From NCBI GenBank assembly GCA_965204745.1, contig OZ242010.1:768001-832000 (forward strand): a stretch of DNA of 64,000 nt, in the 5' to 3' direction. This document shows, one piece after another, positions 1 to 9,529 of the stretch. A program made the position numbers and the translations under genes. Under the pieces are notes generated by a model. It was not told the origin of the DNA, did not search any database, and saw only the letters and a list, made by a program, of their open reading frames with translations. How positions within the stretch are numbered: position 1 is the stretch's first letter; each line of letters begins with the position of its first letter. This stretch comes from Candidatus Latescibacterota bacterium. Its GTDB lineage: Bacteria; Latescibacterota; UBA2968.

Positions 1-6
1 AAAAAT

Positions 7-879
7 ATGACGCCAAAAACGATGGATTTTTTGAGTTGCGTTGTCGGCGTGCCAACTGTGCGTTTGTTCGGCACTTTGGCCGTTGTGTTGACGGTGGCAT
101 GTGGCAAGGCGGTGGAGCCTGAATTTGTGATTGAGGAGTCCATCGTCACCACGCCTGCGGGCACAGAGCATGTGCAGGTGTTTGTTCCGGCGAGCGCGTT
201 CACGATGGGGTCGAGCGATGGCCCGGCCAATGCGCGCCCGGCGCACGAGGTGATGCTCGACGCTTTTTACATCGACAAGTACGAAGTGACCAACGCACAG
301 TACTTGGCGTATGCCGAGGCCACGGGCAGCGAACGCCCGCAGTTTATTCGGGATGAGGGTTTTAATGATCCGAACCAACCTGTGGTGGGAATCTTGTGGT
401 ACCAAGCGCGGGATTATTGCCAGTGGGCGGGGTTGCAGTTGCCGAGTGAGGCGCAGTGGGAATTGGCCGCTGCGGGTACGGATGGGCGCGTGTTTCCTTG
501 GGGCGACGAGCCTGCGGATGCGTCCCTGTGCAATTTCAATTTTAGTGCTGGGCCAACGCCCGTGGGCGAGTATCCAGAGGGGGCGAGTCCGTTTGGCGCG
601 CTGGATATGGCGGGCAATGTGTGGGAGTGGACGCGGGATGAATACCAGCATACGTTTTACGCAACCAGCCCGGTTCACAATCCGGTCAATTTGAAAAACG
701 CAGGTATGGAAGATGGCCCGGACCGCACACTGCGCGGCGGGAGTTGGTTCTCGACTCAGTACAATGTCCGCGTGTTTGTGCGGAGTTCGGTGCTCATTAT
801 GGAAGAACAAGCCGAGTCACGCGACGATGGCCTTCAGATATATGCTTATATCGGGTTTCGATGTGCGCGGGAGAAGTGA
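7..879 (+). CDS. FGE-sulfatase (SUMF1/EgtB/PvdO-fold) domain lipoprotein
   Basis: Motifs FTMGS, FYIDKYEVTN, LPSEAQWE, DMAGNVWEW, RGGSW, IGFRC; lipobox-like VACG; FGE catalytic cysteines not evident. Confidence 0.85.
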   Translation: MTPKTMDFLSCVVGVPTVRLFGTLAVVLTVACGKAVEPEFVIEESIVTTPAGTEHVQVFVPASAFTMGSSDGPANARPAHEVMLDAFYIDKYEVTNAQYLAYAEATGSERPQFIRDEGFNDPNQPVVGILWYQARDYCQWAGLQLPSEAQWELAAAGTDGRVFPWGDEPADASLCNFNFSAGPTPVGEYPEGASPFGALDMAGNVWEWTRDEYQHTFYATSPVHNPVNLKNAGMEDGPDRTLRGGSWFSTQYNVRVFVRSSVLIMEEQAESRDDGLQIYAYIGFRCAREK

Positions 880-888
880 GGTTGAGAT

Positions 889-3180
889 TTGATGGTGTTG
901 ACAAAAAAATATATTGCCGTCGCTATTGCGCTGGGGGTTATCGCGTTTGTCGGGGTGATGGTGTACCTGCTTTCGCGGGTCGAGCGGGTCGAGCAGACGG
1001 GTGGGCCGGAGGATCGGGCGTTGTTTGCCGAGGGCTATGTGGGCGCAGAGCGTTGCGGCCCGTGCCACGGGGAGGCGTTTGAGACGTGGTCGCATTCCGC
1101 GCACGCAGAGGCGATGGCCGTGGCGACGCCGGAAACGGTGAAGGGCGATTTTGTGGGGCAGACGACGCACGAGTTTGACGGGCAGACGTATCGGATGTTT
1201 GTGAAAGATGGTCGCTATTTTATCGAGGCGCCCAACCGCGATGGGCTGATGCAGACGTATCCGGTGGTGTACACGCTGGGCGCGCGTCAGCACGAGAATT
1301 ATTTGACGCGGTTTCCGGACGGGCGGCTACAGGTGTTGCCGGTGTATTACGATTTGAATCAAAAACGCTGGTTTGACGCGGCAGAAGGCACGTTGGAGAT
1401 CGGGCACGCACTTCGGGGAGATGCGTTTTATTTTTGGGCGAATCACGGACGGACGTGGAACACGCGGTGCTTTGATTGCCATGCGTCGCAGATGCGGAAA
1501 AATTACGATTTGACGACCGATACGTACAGGAGCGTGGTGGGCGATTTGAGCATCAACTGCGAGGCGTGCCACGGGCCTGGCGCGGCGCATGTCGCGTTTT
1601 GGCGCGCCGCGGCCGAGGATCCGCAGTTGGCGATGCAACCGGATCGGTCATTGCCGGATTTGAGCAGTTTGAGTCCGCAACAACAGGTGGAGGCATGCGC
1701 GCAGTGCCACGCCTTGAAAATCCCCTTGCGGTCGGGGTACGTCCCCGGGGATGATTATTGGGATTATTACGAGTTGCGCTTGATCGATACCGACGATGCG
1801 TTTTGGCCTGACGGGTTGGCGAAAAAGTTGGCGTATCCGTATTTGCAATTCGGCAGCAGTGCTTGTTTTCTCAAGGCGGGGTTGACGTGTACCGGATGCC
1901 ACGCGACGCACGGCAGTTCGAGGCGGTCGGAATTGATCGCGGACCCGCGCGGGGTGGGGCTTTGCGCGCGCTGTCACCCGGATATCGCCGCGGATGTGAA
2001 TGGGCACACGCATCACAAGGCCACCGGGCCGGGCGGAGATTGTCAGGCGTGCCATTTGCCGCAACAATTTCGCAACCAACTCGTGATGACCGATCACCGC
2101 ATTGCCGTGCCCGTGCCGGAGAATACCGCGCGCTTGGGCATTCCGAATGCGTGTGGGCAAAGCGGTTGCCACGCGGATCGATCCGCTGAATGGGCGTCGG
2201 AAAAAGCGCGGGCGTGGTATGGCGATTATCAAGATGTGCGCGTGGCACACGCCGATGCGATTCACCGCGGGCGAGAAGGCGATACCGAGGCCGTGGGCGC
2301 GTTGCAGGCCATGCTATCTTCTGAGTTGCCGCCGCTGACGCGCGCGGGCGTGATTGCGATTTTGGGCACGTTGAGCGATGCGCGGGTCGTGGGAGGGTTG
2401 ACGCACGCGCTCGTAGATTCGCATTCCGCAGTGCGGGCGCAGGCCGCTGTCGCGCTGGGGCGAATCGGGCATCCGAGGGCATTGCCCTATTTGGTGGCCG
2501 CGCTCGGTGACAGCGTGTTTTCCGTGCAAATTCGGGCCGCGTATTCGCTGGCGCGGATGGATTACGTGCCGGAAAATGGCGAGGATGAAGCGCGGTACAC
2601 GCGGGCATTGGACGCATTTCGGGCCATCGTGAGCGGCGATGGGCTTTTGGCGGATGATGCGTTTATGCACCTCAATGTGGGGCAGATTCACGAGTTTGAT
2701 CGGGCGTTTGATCAAGCGCGCAACCACTACGCTCACGCCTTGCGTTTCGCGCCCGGCCTGGCCGATGCACAGGATCGCATGCAGCGGTTGTTGGAAGACG
2801 AGGCGCGGTACAAAAAACTGGTCGAGATGTTGACCCCTGCGGTGGAGAAAGACATGCGCGCGCGCATCGCGCTGGGACTGGCGCGTATCCACCGGGGCGA
2901 GGTGCGCGAGGGCATCGCGCTGTTGAATGTGGATGCGCGGTCCGAACTCGTGCAAACCGGACTGGGCGACGCGTATCGCGCATTGGGCAATTTTGAACGG
3001 GCAAAGCAGCATTACAAGACGGCGTTAGAGATGGCGCGAGAATTTCCCGGCGCGCACCGCGGGCTGGCATTGATCGCGTATTCACAGGGCGATAGCACGG
3101 CTGGCAAAGCGCATTGGGATAGGTTTGTGCAAGGGCGAGATGGGGCTTCGGATGGGGTGAAGCGGTTGATGGGGAGGTAG
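889..3180 (+). CDS. Multiheme c-type cytochrome with HEAT and TPR repeats
   Basis: Seven CxxCH (CGPCH, CFDCH, CEACH, CAQCH, CTGCH, CARCH, CQACH) plus CGQSGCH; N-terminal TM; HEAT-like VRAQAAVALG; TPR-like C-terminus. Confidence 0.85.
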   Translation: MMVLTKKYIAVAIALGVIAFVGVMVYLLSRVERVEQTGGPEDRALFAEGYVGAERCGPCHGEAFETWSHSAHAEAMAVATPETVKGDFVGQTTHEFDGQTYRMFVKDGRYFIEAPNRDGLMQTYPVVYTLGARQHENYLTRFPDGRLQVLPVYYDLNQKRWFDAAEGTLEIGHALRGDAFYFWANHGRTWNTRCFDCHASQMRKNYDLTTDTYRSVVGDLSINCEACHGPGAAHVAFWRAAAEDPQLAMQPDRSLPDLSSLSPQQQVEACAQCHALKIPLRSGYVPGDDYWDYYELRLIDTDDAFWPDGLAKKLAYPYLQFGSSACFLKAGLTCTGCHATHGSSRRSELIADPRGVGLCARCHPDIAADVNGHTHHKATGPGGDCQACHLPQQFRNQLVMTDHRIAVPVPENTARLGIPNACGQSGCHADRSAEWASEKARAWYGDYQDVRVAHADAIHRGREGDTEAVGALQAMLSSELPPLTRAGVIAILGTLSDARVVGGLTHALVDSHSAVRAQAAVALGRIGHPRALPYLVAALGDSVFSVQIRAAYSLARMDYVPENGEDEARYTRALDAFRAIVSGDGLLADDAFMHLNVGQIHEFDRAFDQARNHYAHALRFAPGLADAQDRMQRLLEDEARYKKLVEMLTPAVEKDMRARIALGLARIHRGEVREGIALLNVDARSELVQTGLGDAYRALGNFERAKQHYKTALEMAREFPGAHRGLALIAYSQGDSTAGKAHWDRFVQGRDGASDGVKRLMGR

Positions 3181-3211
3181 CGGTCAGTTGTCAGTTCCCC
3201 TCTCGCGCCTC

Positions 3212-5326
3212 CTAAAAGCTGACCGCAGAGGGCTGATGGCTCAGCGTAAAATGTGCCCAGCCTTTCCAGCGATCCACGCCTGTTAGGCGCAGGGCGATTT
3301 CGTCGCCGACCTCGACGGGGTGCGCCGGGTAGATGACGGTCTTGAAGGGATGGTCGAGGAGTTCTACGAGCACGCCGCGCATCTTGAGGTGGAGAACAAC
3401 CGCGCGAAATTCCCGGCCGAGTTGGCGTTCCCAAGATTGGAGTAGCAGGTCGCGGGTGTGGCGATACACCAGTCCATCGATCAGGCCCTGAGTTTCCCAC
3501 AAGCGATAGCGCAGGGTATTGAAATCGTCAACCGAGTAGAGCACTTGCTCGGTCTGAAGATAATGCGCGATCTGGCGTTGCATCGCCAAATCCGCGTAGC
3601 GCACGAGCGGATGCGCGATGGGGCAACAGTGCGAAACGCCGTGCCCGTGATGGAACCCCGGCGCGGTGTTGAGATCCGTGCGCGGGGTGTGCCGGTGCAA
3701 TTCATGGCGGCGGACAACAGGGTGTGGAATCTGCCGAATGGCCGCGGCGTTCTCGACCGGGTCTCGCGTCTCGTAAATCGCGGGAATCCCCTTGTTGTCG
3801 CACCACCGGCCCGCGGCCATAGCCGCGAGCAAGCGCGCTTCTCGCGCAATGCAGATGCGTTTTGCAGGGCCGTCCGATTGTCGCGCTTGGCAGAGGCGCG
3901 TCGCCAACTGAGAAAAAAATTGAAGGGCGCGGTGCTGCGGGTGAGTCGAATCCGCGAGAGCCTGCTCGACATTCTCCGGCGTCAGGTCCGCTTTGTTCAC
4001 GGCGGTCGTCTGCGCGATGCAAAAATCCTCGATACGCCCTTCCCGGTTCACGCGCCAGAAAATGCTCAGCGCGGGCCGCGCCTGTTGGAACTTGCCCAAG
4101 TCAGAAACAATGCGCGGGGGCAACATGGGGATGGGGTGATCCGCAAAGGGAATGCGTGCTACCCGCTCCGCTGCTTCTCGGTCGACAGCCGAATCCTTTG
4201 GGATGAGGGCCGCGACGTCCGGAATGTGGACGCCAAATTCCGGGCCGCGAAACACTCTGCGGCGGAACGAAAGCGCGAGGGCTTGCTGGCCGGGCAGGTG
4301 GATCACAAAGACCTTTTGCTTTTTGCGATGACCGAGCGCGGGGGCGAGGGTCAAGGCTTGGCGCAGGGCGTCTTCCGAAAATGCAATGGGCACTTCGGCG
4401 CGGAGCAGATCGAGGTTTTCATCGCGACCCCACACCTGTTTTTGAACGAGCAACTCAACCGCTGATTTTTGGCGGTTTTTTTTGTTCGGGCAGATTTCAG
4501 CGAGCAATGCCTGCGCTTGGGTGGCGCGTTGCGATTCCCTGCCCCAAAGGGCGTATTGCCGAATCTGGTCCAAATAGGTCTGCTGGCGCGGGGTCATGGT
4601 GTGGGCGGCGATGGATTCGGCTTGGTTCTGCATGGCGTGGATAAATTCCTCGCGCTCTTCATCCCGATCTCGTTGCCGGCTCTCCCGCTGCCGGCGGAAC
4701 CCCACTTGATCGAGTGTGTACGGCGAATACACATTGGAAGCGCGGGGCCGAAAATACACACAGGCCTGGTGCAAGTGCAAGTACAGGGCCATCCACTGCG
4801 TGGCGTCGGCATCGCCATCAAAAAAGAGATCGGCGATTTCGGACAGGGAAAGGGCCGTATCGGATTCGACCGCGAGTTCCCACACGGCTTCGAGGTCGAG
4901 TTCCCGGCTCAACGTGCGCACGGCAGTCGCGTACGCCTTGAGCGGCACGTCCTGCATGCCGCTGAGGTACACGAGATTTGTGCGATGAAAGCGGAGGCGG
5001 CGATCATCCTCGGCCAAAACCGCGATCTCGGAAATATTGCGGGACAAAACCCCTTGGCAAGTGCCGAGCAACAAACGCTTGCGAAACCGAAACAGGACGA
5101 TCTCATCGCGAACAGGCATGCCGGGCAACCGGGCCGCCACATCCTTTGGCGGGATCATCCCCTCGGGCAGGGGACTCAGCACCGGGTCTTCGTCCAACTT
5201 GCCCGTGTAGCGTTCGTCCCTTCCGTGCTCCTTGCGGATGATGAACCCGTAAACGCGCTTGAGCAGGCTGGCATAGTAGTAGAGATAGCGATTGGAAATG
5301 GCGATTTCGCGTTTGGATTTTTGCAT
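3212..5326 (-). CDS. RNase II/R (RNB-domain)-like protein, probably catalytically degenerate
   Basis: VHIPDVA, IPMLP, RPALS, HPLVRYADLAMQRQI and a C-terminal S1-like domain; the acidic DxxxxxDxDD motif is absent. Confidence 0.7.
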   Translation of the reverse strand: MQKSKREIAISNRYLYYYASLLKRVYGFIIRKEHGRDERYTGKLDEDPVLSPLPEGMIPPKDVAARLPGMPVRDEIVLFRFRKRLLLGTCQGVLSRNISEIAVLAEDDRRLRFHRTNLVYLSGMQDVPLKAYATAVRTLSRELDLEAVWELAVESDTALSLSEIADLFFDGDADATQWMALYLHLHQACVYFRPRASNVYSPYTLDQVGFRRQRESRQRDRDEEREEFIHAMQNQAESIAAHTMTPRQQTYLDQIRQYALWGRESQRATQAQALLAEICPNKKNRQKSAVELLVQKQVWGRDENLDLLRAEVPIAFSEDALRQALTLAPALGHRKKQKVFVIHLPGQQALALSFRRRVFRGPEFGVHIPDVAALIPKDSAVDREAAERVARIPFADHPIPMLPPRIVSDLGKFQQARPALSIFWRVNREGRIEDFCIAQTTAVNKADLTPENVEQALADSTHPQHRALQFFSQLATRLCQARQSDGPAKRICIAREARLLAAMAAGRWCDNKGIPAIYETRDPVENAAAIRQIPHPVVRRHELHRHTPRTDLNTAPGFHHGHGVSHCCPIAHPLVRYADLAMQRQIAHYLQTEQVLYSVDDFNTLRYRLWETQGLIDGLVYRHTRDLLLQSWERQLGREFRAVVLHLKMRGVLVELLDHPFKTVIYPAHPVEVGDEIALRLTGVDRWKGWAHFTLSHQPSAVSF

Positions 5327-5344
5327 GGTTTTGCCCCCTATTGA

Positions 5345-5373
5345 AAAAGCCCCGGCGCGTGACCAGGGCTTTT
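5345..5373. terminator. Probable rho-independent terminator
   Basis: aaaagccc...gggctttt inverted repeat downstream of the DUF1501 gene. Confidence 0.5.
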
Positions 5374-5397
5374 GTGGTTCGAGGCGATGCTGCGCCT

Positions 5398-6813
5398 TTA
5401 GCGGTTTCGGTACGCCTCGACAAATTGCAGAAAATCGCCAAACCCGACATTGCCATCGCCATCCAAATCGTACTGGGCTTCTGTGCCGCCGTAGGCTTGG
5501 GCAAATTGGAGAAAGTCATTAAAATCGACTTTGCCATCGGCATTGAAATCGGCCTTGGCGAATTGAGAGGTCGAACTGAGAAGGGGAATGAGCGCGGGAC
5601 TGGACGAAAAAATATTGGCGAGCACATTTTCCGACACGGCAAACCACTGGTTGAGCACCGAGGCATAGACTTGGCGGAAGTCGTAGTCGTAGAAAAAGTC
5701 CCCGCGGTTGTCAACCCGGTCGAAATTGGGATCTGCGCCGACGACGCCCGCGTTGATGGAAGGGCCAAAAAAGAACATGGGCGCGGACGTGCCGTGGTCC
5801 GTACCCGCGCTGCCGTTTTCCTTCACGCGCCGCCCGAACTCCGAAATGCTCATGCCCAAGACCCGGTCTTGCAACTGGTGTTCCCGCAGGTCTTGCACAA
5901 ACGCCGCGACCGAGGCATCGAGGTCGCGCATCAAAACGTCGTGTCGGTTGATCTGATTGGCGTGCGTGTCGTAGCCGCCTTGGGAAACGAGGTACACTTT
6001 GGCCTTCAAGCCCCCTGCGATCAAGCGCGTAACCAAACTGAGTTTATCCGCGAGCGAGTTATCGGGATATGCCACGCGGTTCGCGCTTTGGCTCGCGGCA
6101 TCTTGAACTTGCGCGGAGTAGCGCAGGGATTCAAAATTGATGCGGCGGACAAAATCGAGCTCATACCCGGCCGGCGTGGGGATCTGGTTGTCTTCGATGA
6201 TTTTGTTGCCCCGCTCCACGAGATAGACAAATTGCCTGGGGTTGCGAAGCGCGATGCCCATCGCGCCGTTTTTGCCCAACAGCGCGAGCGAAAGCACGGG
6301 GCCGATATCGACAGCTAGGGGATGTTCGGGCAGGGTATCTGGTCCCGAAAGTTGGGTTTCGAGATAGCGACCCAGCCAGCCGTGCGTCAAAAATTCATCG
6401 GCGTCCGATGCGGTCATCCAGATATCGGTGGAGCGAAAATGCGAGCGGTTGGGGTTGGGATAGCCCACGCCTTGCACGACCATCAACTGGCCTTCGTCAT
6501 AGAGTTCCTTGAACCCGGTCAGTTGCGGATGCAAGCCCTGCAGATCCGTGAGTTTGAGGGCGTCTTCCTTTTTGATGTGGACGCCCGGCCGCGCCTGATA
6601 ATAGGCATCGTTTTCAAAATTGATCACGGTGTTGAGGCCGTCATTGCCGCCGTTGAGGCGAATGATAACGAGCACGCGGTCGGTCTGGCTGAGTGCGGCG
6701 GCGGCCATGGGGCCAACGGCTTCGGCGCGGCCATAAGCGCGCGTCATAAAACCGCCCAGCGCAAACCCGGCACCGCCTCGGCTTGCGTTTTTGAGAAAGT
6801 CGCGTCTGTTCAT
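5398..6813 (-). CDS. DUF1501 family Tat-exported protein with C-terminal EF-hand/dockerin-like domain
   Basis: MNRRDFLK Tat signal after AGGAG RBS; GGNDGLN, NRSHF, GGYDTH, SEFGRR, GTDHG; C-terminal DFNADGKVDFNDF and DLDGDGNVGFGDF. Confidence 0.85.
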   Translation of the reverse strand: MNRRDFLKNASRGGAGFALGGFMTRAYGRAEAVGPMAAAALSQTDRVLVIIRLNGGNDGLNTVINFENDAYYQARPGVHIKKEDALKLTDLQGLHPQLTGFKELYDEGQLMVVQGVGYPNPNRSHFRSTDIWMTASDADEFLTHGWLGRYLETQLSGPDTLPEHPLAVDIGPVLSLALLGKNGAMGIALRNPRQFVYLVERGNKIIEDNQIPTPAGYELDFVRRINFESLRYSAQVQDAASQSANRVAYPDNSLADKLSLVTRLIAGGLKAKVYLVSQGGYDTHANQINRHDVLMRDLDASVAAFVQDLREHQLQDRVLGMSISEFGRRVKENGSAGTDHGTSAPMFFFGPSINAGVVGADPNFDRVDNRGDFFYDYDFRQVYASVLNQWFAVSENVLANIFSSSPALIPLLSSTSQFAKADFNADGKVDFNDFLQFAQAYGGTEAQYDLDGDGNVGFGDFLQFVEAYRNR

Positions 6814-6847
6814 AACGAACTCCTGTGGCGAAAGGCGGATGCCATTT

Positions 6848-8320
6848 CTAATTGAGTTGGTAGTCGGGCAACTCAAAGATGAGTTTGAGAATATTCTTGA
6901 TGCGGCGAGGAGCCGCCAAGTGGTCGGGATCCCAATCATAGACATCGGCGCCCTCGAGCAGGGTGTCCAAAAACATTTCGCGGCGCTGTTCGTCGACCGG
7001 GAACGGCGTCAGGCACTCGCCCAGTGCGTTCACGAGTTTTTCCGCATCGTAGGGGGCGGGAAATGCTTTGACGAATCCCACGACATCCGGGTTGACGATG
7101 GTATAGCGGTTGGGATTGCGCGGCTTGGCATCGACCATTTCGTCGGTCATCTTGTGGCGGTCGGGCAAGGTCGAGGTGCTGATCCACAGCCGATACCCGG
7201 GCCAACCGGCCACATTGGGCGGGTCGAGCAGTTTTTGACCGAGCACGTTCGCGATGTACACGAGGTACTCCGCGCTGATGTCCTGGCGAGAGCCCGCGCG
7301 AAAACCCAAGCTGCGCGCCGTGCCGGCGACGAGCTCGACCGGGCTTTTGATCTTCGCGCCGATGAGGGCGGGATCGAAAAAATGCGCGCTGAGGAGCAAT
7401 GCTTTGAGCACGGGTTTGATCTCGTAATCGTTGTCGCGCATGAGTTGCGCGAGTTCCGCGACCACGTCTGGATCCGGGTATTCATAGACAAATTCTCGGT
7501 AGAGTTTGCCGCAGATAAATTCCGCAGTGACGGGTTGCTCAAAAATAATGTCGATAATGTCCCGATCGTTGAAATTGCCGCGTTGCCCCAAAAATGTCTT
7601 CGCGGCCTTGTCGAACCGATTTGCTCGAAAAACGGGTTGCTTGCCCACCACGATCCAACCCGTGAGCGCGCGCGCGGCTTCCCCAATGTCGCGTTCCGTG
7701 TACGCGTTGCCCTCGCCCATGGTGAACAATTCCATCAGTTCTCGGGCGTAGTTTTCATTGGGTTTGCCCACTTTGTTGGTATTGCTGTCGAGGTAGTAGA
7801 TCATGGCCGGATCGCGCGTGACTTCCTGCACGAGGGTTTTGAAATTTCCCACGGCGCGTTTGCGGAACAGGAAATTTTGGAGGTACATCCACTGCGGGCG
7901 TCTGACGTCTTTGGCCTGCGTGGCAAAGTGATCGTGCCAGAAGAGCACCATGCGCTCTTGAATGGAAAACCCCTGATTGACGATGAGCGACATCCACCAC
8001 GCACGGGTTTGATCGACGCGCTCGCGCTCGATTTTGCGCTGCGCTGGATTGGGTTTTTTGAAGGGATCTTCGCGGACCCAAGCAGCGGGGGGGTTGGGGG
8101 GCAAAAAGGGCATTGCCAAAAGGCGATCCACGACGGCTTCCGGCGTGCTTTGCACGGCTTCTGCGATTTCATCTGGCGTTGGACCGATCAGGGTGCGCCG
8201 CAAGAGGTGGGCCGCGCGTTGCTCGTTCCAGGGCTGTTCTGCCGAGGGGATGTACGGTTCGAGCCCCGTGGAGGCATACGCGAGTTTGGGCGCGACGGGG
8301 AAATGTTGGCGATTGGACAC
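6848..8320 (-). CDS. DUF1800 family protein
   Basis: AAHLLRR, ERMVLFWHDHFAT, PNENYARELMELFTMG, PPNVAGWPG; canonical DUF1501 partner. Confidence 0.9.
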   Translation of the reverse strand: MSNRQHFPVAPKLAYASTGLEPYIPSAEQPWNEQRAAHLLRRTLIGPTPDEIAEAVQSTPEAVVDRLLAMPFLPPNPPAAWVREDPFKKPNPAQRKIERERVDQTRAWWMSLIVNQGFSIQERMVLFWHDHFATQAKDVRRPQWMYLQNFLFRKRAVGNFKTLVQEVTRDPAMIYYLDSNTNKVGKPNENYARELMELFTMGEGNAYTERDIGEAARALTGWIVVGKQPVFRANRFDKAAKTFLGQRGNFNDRDIIDIIFEQPVTAEFICGKLYREFVYEYPDPDVVAELAQLMRDNDYEIKPVLKALLLSAHFFDPALIGAKIKSPVELVAGTARSLGFRAGSRQDISAEYLVYIANVLGQKLLDPPNVAGWPGYRLWISTSTLPDRHKMTDEMVDAKPRNPNRYTIVNPDVVGFVKAFPAPYDAEKLVNALGECLTPFPVDEQRREMFLDTLLEGADVYDWDPDHLAAPRRIKNILKLIFELPDYQLN

Positions 8321-8415
8321 GGATGATCCTCCTCTTGGTTGTGCGATGGGATCGAAATGGTTCTAATGAAGAATATAACAAATTGACGGGATTGGGAAAG
8401 TTGAATTTTACGGGA

Positions 8416-8733
8416 TTAGGGAAGGTATTTTGCCAGCGAATCGCGCAATGCGCGCTGTGCCGCCAAGTTCTTCTCTGACGCCGCGACGAGGGTTTCCTGA
8501 ACTTTGATGCGCGCGCGTTCAATGCTCTCGGCGCGTTCTTTCGGGATGCCCAACGCGATGTTGCGATTGATTTCACTGGTCAGGCTGTCGCGCATGGTCT
8601 GCAAACGCCCGCGCTCTTCTCGCAACGCGTTCTCGGCCTGCGCGACCTTTGCTTTTTGACGCGTCAGTTCGGGACTTGTTCCCCCCGAACACGCGACGAA
8701 CAAGACGATGGCAAAAAGGAAAAGACGAGGCAT
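8416..8733 (-). CDS. Hypothetical coiled-coil lipoprotein
   Basis: MPRLFLFAIVLFVAC lipoprotein signal followed by a heptad-rich helix. Confidence 0.6.
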   Translation of the reverse strand: MPRLFLFAIVLFVACSGGTSPELTRQKAKVAQAENALREERGRLQTMRDSLTSEINRNIALGIPKERAESIERARIKVQETLVAASEKNLAAQRALRDSLAKYLP

Positions 8734-9166
8734 GAGATATTCCAAAGCCGATTGTAAATGCAAGGGTTCTCCCTCCTACTGCCGGGCGCGAGGACAGTCA
8801 CAGGCGTAGCCTACAATGAGCGAAGCGAATAACGGGGCCGGGGGATAGGTTCCTTCGGTCAACGCCATCAGAGCAACTAGAGCGAGAAGCCATCAAAGGA
8901 AACGCATTAAATGAGCAAACAACACATTTGCTAATCTGTGTGTAACGTCAAAAAAAAATAAAATATCAACACGACCTAACAGCGCGTCAGCCCATGCGCC
9001 AGCGCAGGCCCGTGCCTGTCCTTGACCCCAACCGAAAGCAGTGGTCAGCGGCTTTGGGAACATCGCCCGCCATCGTCCTATGTACGCACAAGCCCTCGCA
9101 ACGCTTGGCCCCGAACAATCCGTTCAAGGTCAGCCTGCGAGGGCTTGTGTCGTTAAGGGACGTGCG

Positions 9167-9529
9167 TTAGGCCTCCGCATCCAACATGTGCTGAAAGGCC
9201 TCCAGATCATCCACTTGCACCGCTGCACGATGCAACCGCTTGAGCCTCGGCAAATCGTCGATAGCCGCAATGTGAGCGGCGAACTGACCGGCAACGGCCG
9301 GATTAAAGCGAATCTCCAACACGTCGAGGATGTCTTCAACCGCTCGTTCTCTGACTCCGCGCTCGATTCCCTGCTCGATTCCCTGCTCGATTCCCTGCTC
9401 GATTCCCTGCTCGATTCCCTGCTCGATTCCCTGCTCGATTCCCTGCTCGATTCCCTGCTCAAGAAACTGTTCCTTGAAATGTTCCTCGAGGTACTGGGCA
9501 AACGATGACTCACGCATAATCGCGTCCAT
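9167..9529 (-). CDS. Predicted nested in-frame small protein (RpnS-like antitoxin), 120 aa
   Basis: Internal AGGAGG-GTTTT-ATG in frame (MDAIMRESS...), conserved in copy 2. Confidence 0.6.
   Translation of the reverse strand: MDAIMRESSFAQYLEEHFKEQFLEQGIEQGIEQGIEQGIEQGIEQGIEQGIEQGIERGVRERAVEDILDVLEIRFNPAVAGQFAAHIAAIDDLPRLKRLHRAAVQVDDLEAFQHMLDAEA

Noticed and set aside
8760-9130. Riboswitch or ncRNA in the intergenic region
   Set aside because: Only degenerate REP-like pieces are visible; no recognisable aptamer consensus
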